From Paraphysomonas bandaiensis (Eukaryota; Protista; Chrysophyceae), in the NCBI GenBank assembly GCA_965644295.1, contig CBFFRP010000459.1, forward strand, positions 1 through 5,709: 5,709 nucleotides of DNA, given 5' to 3'. Under the pieces are notes generated by a model. That model did not search any database. It was not told the origin of the DNA and saw only the letters and a list, made by a program, of their open reading frames with translations. This document shows positions 1 to 5,709 of this stretch, piece by piece (the first letter of the stretch is position 1; every line of letters starts with the position of its first letter). The position numbers were made by a program, and so were the translations under genes.

Positions 1-31
1 CCTACCTATACACTTATACATACACACATAG

Positions 32-378
32 TACATACATACATACATACATACATACATACATACATACATACATACATACATACATACATACATACAT
101 ACATACATACATACATACATACATACATACATACATACATACATACATACATACATACATACATACATACATACATACATACATACATACATACATACAT
201 ACATACATACATACATACATACATACATACATACATACATACATACATACATACATACATACATACATACATACATACATACATACATACATACATACAT
301 ACATACATACATACATACATACATACATACATACATACATACATACATACATACATACATACATACATACATACATAC
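32..378. repeat. Perfect tetranucleotide microsatellite (TACA)n, 86 full units plus TAC (347 nt)
   Basis: Uninterrupted TACA period from 32 to 378. Degenerate copies at 1-31 (tataca, tacacacata). It accounts for the MYVC-repeat ORFs. Confidence 0.99.
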
Positions 379-468
379 TGTGGAGGATATCAGCATTAGA
401 TTAATTACTATCATATACCTTCTCATCTCACGCACCTCCTTCCCATTCTCCACCAGGACACACCTTCC

Positions 469-2337
469 ATGGAAGATGATGGATTGAGGAAATCTCTTAT
501 CGAGACATCAGATAGGAGTGATGGTCTTCCTCTTCTATCAGAGAGTGAGGCGCCTCTCTCCTCTGAATCTCAACCATCTAAACGTCCATGTTTAAGTGAA
601 CCCTGGCAATATTTCTTAAGTATTATTGCGGGGATCATCTTTGGAGTGGTGTTGAATATCGTTAATGCCAGCGATGATGTGGTGACTATAGTCACTGTGC
701 CTGGTGCACTGTTTCTACGAGCGCTGCAATGTGCAGTCATCCCAATGATGTTTTTCAATATAACATCTTCTGTATGTGATATATTTGGATCAGGAAGTGC
801 TGGTTCTATTGGTACCAAAGCGATATCGCTATACACATTGTCTACTTTTCTTGCTGTGTTAGAGGGAATTGCTATTGCCAATATATTTGCGTCACTATTT
901 GCCAGTGATAAAGGAGAATCAGATGACGACGACGGAGTAAAAGTGACCATGGTTTGCCCGAAAGATTTAGGCGTACTGACAGTGGCTGAAGATGGCTCAA
1001 CTTTCTGCGTACATCATGACGATTTACAAGCCTACAACTTAACTTCCAAGTGAGTCTAATGACATTATCAACTTGTGCCATGATAAGCACTGCCAACAGA
1101 TATCAGAATTTTAATCTCCGAGATGAAGAGAGCATGCTTATTAATGGTGTAATCATAAAGCAGTCTTTAGTTGATCAAGTTTTGAACACTGCCCACTCAG
1201 TTGTGCCCAATAATTTTGTGGAGGTAGGTGGATGTGTATAAAGCTATATGCTGCGCTTGAGATATATTCACAGGCTTTTGCAATCCCAAATATTGTGAGT
1301 GTAATAGTTATTGGATTTGTACTTGGAGCGGCTATTGTTAGCATTCAACGACGGTCGAAAGCAACCACTGGTGCTGCTACCGTGTTGGCATTTTGCAGAG
1401 AGATGTCTATAATAACCAACGAGATAATCGGATGGATAATTGTACTGGCGCCTATGTGTATAGGATTTCTTATAGCCGCGTCCCTAGCATCTGCTGGTAA
1501 GTGTACAGTTTTATTGATGTTATTGTTAGGCTGTATGCCGACACTAATCTCGTTTCACAGGCAATGTCATCGATTTACTTCGAACTGTGGGAGTTTATAT
1601 TGCCTCAGTTATGACTGGCCTGCTTCTACATACACTTGTAGTACTACCAACTGTGTTTTATTGGTATACTGGGGGAGATAATCCGTACCACTGGCTGTAT
1701 ACAATACGTCAGCCACTAATTGTTGCCTTTTCTACTGCATCGAGTGTAAGCTAGCGTACTACTGCATCGAGTGTAGTATGCGTGACATGTGTTGTAGGCG
1801 GCGACATTGCCCGTGTCGATTCGTACAGCTGTAGAAAGTGGGATGGTGGCAGAGAATACCGCCAATACAATTCTTCCCATGGGGGCGACTATTAATATGT
1901 TAGTTTTTGTGATTTTGTTTGTTATTGTCTCATTTACGATTGTGGTTTAGGGATGGCGCCGCTATTGGATACCCATGTGCTATATCATTTCTCGCCCATG
2001 CTGCTAAGCTGGAGAATAAGCTAGACATTGCCACTTGGGTGAATGTAGGTCTTGGATCATCTCTGGGGTCTGCTGGGGCGGCACCAGTACCTAATGCCGG
2101 TAAGTACCTAATTATTTCCCTTATGTGTTTTCATGTTCGTGCTCCACAGGCATTGTGATGCTCATTACTGTCTGGGAGACAGCCATGCCCGGACACAGTG
2201 TTCCAGATGCTATTGCCTACGTTCAAGGCATAGAGTTCTTTATCGATCGTTTTCAGACTGCGACTAACGTATGTAGTGACCTGTTTATTCTCCGCATGAT
2301 ACAGGCATCTGTTGACAGAGAGCAGAAAATGTTATGA
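469..2337 (+). CDS. Dicarboxylate/amino acid:cation symporter (DAACS/SDF, SLC1/EAAT/GltPh family), 516 aa, join(469..1049,1100..1223,1274..1496,1561..1745,1798..1898,1951..2099,2150..2337)
   Basis: Removing six GT-AG introns by hand gives a continuous 1551-nt frame ending in TGA. Family motifs appear in the expected order: TM2 PGALFLRALQCAVIPMMF, VVPNNFVEAF, HP1 AFSTASSAATLP, TM7 LPMGATINMDG, HP2 GSAGAAPVPNAG, TM8 EFFIDRFQTATNVCSD. The VVPNNFVEAF, HP1, TM7 and HP2 motifs cross splice junctions, which supports the model. Confidence 0.95.
1050..1099 (+). other. Intron 1 (50 nt, phase 2)
   Basis: GTGAGT...CAACAG. Removes the in-frame TGA at 1051-1053 and joins TSK-YQNF. Confidence 0.88.
1224..1273 (+). 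other. Intron 2 (50 nt, phase 0)
   Basis: GTAGGT...TTCACAG. Joins PNNFVE to AFAIPNI. Confidence 0.92.
1497..1560 (+). other. Intron 3 (64 nt, phase 1)
   Basis: GTAAGT...CTAAT (branch-point-like)...TTTCACAG. Joins ASAG-NVIDLL. Confidence 0.93.
1746..1797 (+). other. Intron 4 (52 nt, phase 0)
   Basis: GTAAGC...TTGTAG. Restores the HP1 motif STASS|AATLP. Confidence 0.94.
1899..1950 (+). other. Intron 5 (52 nt, phase 2)
   Basis: GTTAGT...TTTAG, T-rich. Splits the Met codon of NMDG (AT|G). Confidence 0.95.
2100..2149 (+). other. Intron 6 (50 nt, phase 1)
   Basis: GTAAGT...CCACAG. Joins PNAG-IVMLIT. Confidence 0.93.
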
Positions 2338-3044
2338 ACTCGAAATTTTGATGTGTTTGAAGTAAAGTGTTTTGAAGCATAAAGAAATATCTAGCTAGCG
2401 TATTATATTTCTTAGCTTGAACACAAGAAGTGTATGACACTGTGTGCTCAACTTTAGTAAGGTGGAGTCGAGTGTTCTTTGGTGACCATATGGCAGAACA
2501 GTGGGGCAGTCTAAAGTAGGGTTGCATAAATCTAATAGAATCTCATTGCTAAATGGATAAATATATTTGTAAACGACAATGTTTTTGCGGTATGATAATT
2601 GTTGGAGCCATCCTTACAGTATGGCCGCTCTAATTTGAACAGTTAACAAATAAGCGTATAACGTATGACTGTGAGGTGAAAAAATGTAGTAAATGTCTTC
2701 TTATTAGCAATTGGCGTTTAAGAGTCAGTCGTCAACTCTGGTATCCTACTATTTAACACTACGAAAGCTGCTTGTGCGTCACCAAAAGCACCAAGGTGCA
2801 ACCATTTTTTCTCTAGCACTCCAAGCAAGCGCAGTGAGCAAGCAGAATGTTGATATACCTGATATATACGATAATTGAGTCCTGAAGCCTTAAGGTTAGC
2901 AGCCAGGATGCTTGACTTCAGCTGGCAGCCCAACAGCCGAAAACTTAGAATGCTACTAACTGAGTACATATATTATATTATTCATAGTAACAAACATGTC
3001 GCGGAGAAAATGTATACAATCAATAAATAAAATCCACTACATTT

Positions 3045-4028
3045 TCATTCTATATGCTGTATTGGATTCGATCCAAGGTTGGCACCAGTACCACAAGGGC
3101 GTTTGCCGACAGGCATTTCTTTGTCGATAGCATCTTTACCCACTGGGAAATCGTAATGGTCAAATACAACATTAGAGCGCTGTGCACGGTTCTTTTTTGC
3201 TGAAGACTCCGCGCAAGCCATCATTTTCCCGAATCTTCCATGTGGTGTGGCTTCAATCTTACCACTGGCCCACATCTCTACAGGGAGAGTGTCCTTCCCA
3301 GTACGTACACGTCGAGTCTTGCCGGACTCCGGATCGAGCATAGCCGCCTCGTCGATTGTTTTCTGTAATATGTGTAAAGTAGGATCTTTCAGTTTTCCCG
3401 GCTCGGCTTTAACAGCTCTTCGGTTCGGCTCCAATGGGTCATATTCGCTCTCGATTATTATGTCTCGGAATATGGCTGCCTTCTTGTTAGTGATGTCTAA
3501 AAACTTCTGGTAGTCTTTGTTACGCCTTTGATTGAGCTCTTTGTACTCCATTCCATCTAGTTTCTGACTTATATCGGACTGAATTTTGCCATGTACATTA
3601 GCATTCCAGTCTTCGAATTGTCGTCGTGTCTTGTTTCTAGCGCCTTCGTCGTGTAGAGACAGAGACTTGTCTACGGTATCTAAAAACTGTTGGCATTGTT
3701 CAATGTCATTCGTCAGATGCATAAATCTGCGCTGCTTCTTATCAACTGCTCGTTTCATTGACTTCTCCACATTTTTCTTGGTTTCTACAGCAGTTCTCAT
3801 ATGTTCCTGCTGCAGTCGCTCTCTGGTCTTAATTTTCTTAAATTCAGCAGAACTCTCTGTCACAGCGAGTCCAGATCGACCATTCCTTGGACCTCTTCTG
3901 CTTCCCCTCCCAGATTTTCCTGGCGTATTGTTTCTAGAGCCCGACTCATCGATATCGATCATATCTTCAAATTTTTCCACTTTTTCAATGAAAATATTGC
4001 CATCTGTTTTCGCTAATCGGGCAGCCAT
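3045..4028 (-). CDS. Conserved helical protein, FAM228-like, 327 aa, single exon
   Basis: Long charged ORF from ATG to TGA with a coiled-coil-like N-half. The pattern W..NV...IQ..I / RR..Y..FL...NKK..IF / EYDP / DP / W...IE matches my recollection of the FAM228A/B family. The gene call is solid; the family assignment is from memory and unsearched. Confidence 0.8.
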   Translation of the reverse strand: MAARLAKTDGNIFIEKVEKFEDMIDIDESGSRNNTPGKSGRGSRRGPRNGRSGLAVTESSAEFKKIKTRERLQQEHMRTAVETKKNVEKSMKRAVDKKQRRFMHLTNDIEQCQQFLDTVDKSLSLHDEGARNKTRRQFEDWNANVHGKIQSDISQKLDGMEYKELNQRRNKDYQKFLDITNKKAAIFRDIIIESEYDPLEPNRRAVKAEPGKLKDPTLHILQKTIDEAAMLDPESGKTRRVRTGKDTLPVEMWASGKIEATPHGRFGKMMACAESSAKKNRAQRSNVVFDHYDFPVGKDAIDKEMPVGKRPCGTGANLGSNPIQHIE

Positions 4029-4084
4029 TGCACTGATATATGATCTGATTATGTGTGTTTACAGTGCTGCTACAGTGATCAGTG

Positions 4085-4440
4085 AATATGGACTAGTATG
4101 TATACAATACACTCTTGAACAGTGCTATTAAGGGTGTCATGTGTGTGTATATGTATGTATAGAGCAAGACAGCATACGTCTCTCTGTATATACAGCGTGA
4201 CTATGGAGACATACATACATATACATGTCTGTGTAACTGTCAACAACCTTTATATACAGTCCCGTATACTGCAGTATACCAGTCTACTCCCTGGTGTGTA
4301 CTGCAGTATTTCCCACTCTCTCCAGATGGTATACATAATACAGCAGTAGGAATCCCTATACAGCAGTATACTGTAACGTGACATGCTGTGTCCTCTAGAG
4401 TGCTGCCTGCGACTCACAGATACATGCACATAACATGATA
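4085..4440. repeat. Low-complexity purine/pyrimidine-alternating block with inverted repeats and palindromes, upstream of the FAM228-like gene
   Basis: 15-nt inverted repeat at 4146-4160/4211-4225. Palindromes at 4184-4195, 4264-4279, 4299-4308 and 4364-4373. Direct repeat ATACAGCAGTA at 4338-4348/4358-4368. Block boundaries are approximate. Confidence 0.7.
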
Positions 4441-5247
4441 TGGATTACAAGTCAGACACTGGCCCTGTTGACTTCTGTATGTGACTGATTCAGTCTCCTA
4501 GTAGACTACTATTCCCCCATTATTATCAAGCCAGGACAGGATGTACAGTATCATACTCGCTGAGTCTGAATATATGCTAGCTGCAAAGGCATAGCTTCTT
4601 TATTCTGATTGCAGAATTACTTTATGATAGGTATACTTTCTACTTTGATCTCATGTTATCATGTTTATGATCAGTAGACAACACCATCTTATTTTAGTTT
4701 CCAGTTTCTATCCTTTCAGTATGTAGTGTTGTATTCTGAAAGAAATGCTCCAACTAGGACGATGGAAACTGAAGAGGATATAATAAGTAACGTTTTTTTC
4801 ATGTAGAGAAAGATATTCAATTATAGTAAAACACTTCTCACATTATTAACTTTATTTACATAACATAGCTCGATCGGAAATATGAAAGCATACTTATGAA
4901 AAATACCTAATACTATATATCTATATATATCGATGTAGTGTATGATGAATTTCAACTGCTAATAAATGACATAGTCACCTTAAGTGTGTTAAACGTGTCT
5001 TACTTGCTGAGCGTAATATAAAAGAGTGGTAATTTGTCCAACTTGATTGTGTAATACTAAAGTTCAAGGTGTAGTGTGAGTGTAGTATTAAGGGCAGATT
5101 GTGGACAGATTGGTAAAGCAGGTTAATAACACTACCCCTTACTTGTGATATTGCCATGCAACTTATAATACTTAAAAATAGAAAAAATCATAAAAATGAG
5201 CGTATGTCATTGTTAATTACTCCATATTGTAAGCTAGTGACATCTAA

Positions 5248-5709
5248 CTAGCGATTATCCTTACCAGTACATGTAATTTCCCACGTATTTTCGCCGTCTA
5301 CGCACTCTACTTCTAGAGGCCTCCAGTCGTCCCTCGTGCTGACAACATCGTTAGACGCATTCACCAGTTGCATGGTGCGAGGAGACAACTTCCACAGTGT
5401 GAAACGAGATCCCTTAGACTCGTCTCCTCCTTCTGGGTAAAATATACGAAGAGACTCATTCCAATACTCAGCAGATTCAGGGTACGGCACTCTCTCGACA
5501 CTTCCCACTATACTCAAGCAACTCATTTTCTTTTGGTCTAGAAAAGTTAGCGTAACTTTCGGGCAGGCTTTCATCTCATTCACTTTGCGAGAGAGCTTAT
5601 TCGTCGTAAAATATACTGTAGGATGGCCGGTGGTCTTATCAAACTCAACTGACAAGGGCTGGATCATCCTACGACGGCAGCAATACGTAACTGAACGAAT
5701 GACGCTAGA
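5248..5709 (-). CDS. Pyridoxamine 5'-phosphate oxidase-like FMN-binding split-barrel protein (general stress protein 26-like), 5'-partial
   Basis: RMIQP...VYFTTNKLSRKVNEMKACPKVTLTF...LSIVGSVE...YW...L..FYPEG fits the split-barrel pattern (F.T...SRK..E...P.V.L; W......F..G). The first strand of the domain is missing. The frame is open to the window edge, and a possible TAG acceptor at 5671-5669 would start the last exon at 5668. Stop codon TAG at 5250-5248. Confidence 0.85.
   Translation of the reverse strand, partial: SSVIRSVTYCCRRRMIQPLSVEFDKTTGHPTVYFTTNKLSRKVNEMKACPKVTLTFLDQKKMSCLSIVGSVERVPYPESAEYWNESLRIFYPEGGDESKGSRFTLWKLSPRTMQLVNASNDVVSTRDDWRPLEVECVDGENTWEITCTGKDNR

Noticed and set aside
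6-376. Two 120-aa (MYVC)n ORFs
   Set aside because: They are translations of the TGTA microsatellite, which has no stops in these frames. There is no independent coding evidence.
32-378. Telomere or CRISPR interpretation of the repeat
   Set aside because: There are no spacers, TACA is not a G-rich telomere-type unit, and non-array sequence flanks both sides.
570-1344. Minus-strand ORFs 570..950, 872..1096 and 1153..1344
   Set aside because: Antisense shadows of the transporter gene with no recognisable motifs.
469-2337. Frameshifted pseudogene, recoding, or an operon of small membrane ORFs
   Set aside because: Every frame break is explained by a canonical GT-AG intron, giving one intact 516-aa frame.
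2285-2527. 80-aa minus-strand ORF
   Set aside because: It overlaps the transporter's last exon and AT-rich 3' region and has no protein-like features.
3021-3032. AATAAATAAAA as a poly(A) signal
   Set aside because: It is on the wrong strand for the adjacent gene, about 690 nt from the transporter stop, and such runs are common in AT-rich DNA.
3247-4131. Plus-strand ORFs 3247..3513, 3586..4131 and 3801..4016
   Set aside because: Antisense shadows of the 327-aa gene. Their Ser/Phe/Leu-rich composition mirrors its Lys/Glu/Arg codons.
4122-4349. 75-aa plus-strand ORF
   Set aside because: Its Cys/Tyr/Ile/Val/His bias comes from RY-alternating low-complexity DNA.
4975-5157. 60-aa minus-strand ORF
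   Set aside because: Short, in the AT-rich region 3' of the FMN-binding gene, with no motif.
469-5709. The three genes as one functional system
   Set aside because: Their predicted functions are unrelated and their orientations are mixed. Adjacency in a compact eukaryotic genome is not evidence of shared function without conserved synteny or co-expression.

Overview
This is eukaryotic nuclear DNA with short GT-AG introns, probably from a flagellated protist. A stramenopile is my best guess, but that is inference. The window holds: (1) a perfect (TACA)n microsatellite at 32-378; (2) a 7-exon plus-strand gene at 469-2337 that the ORF track splits into fragments, and that splices to a 516-aa dicarboxylate/amino-acid:cation symporter (DAACS/SDF/SLC1 family); (3) an intronless minus-strand gene at 3045-4028 resembling FAM228; (4) the 3' part of a minus-strand FMN-binding split-barrel (PNPOx-like) gene running from the window edge to 5248. 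The most notable points are neutral-amino-acid (ASCT-like) substitutions in the transporter's binding site, an N-terminal acidic dileucine motif, a 17-nt duplication across one exon-intron junction, tightly clustered intron lengths, and a palindrome-rich block with an X-box-like 14-mer upstream of the FAM228-like gene. I found no evidence of a new multi-gene system, CRISPR array or autonomous mobile element.
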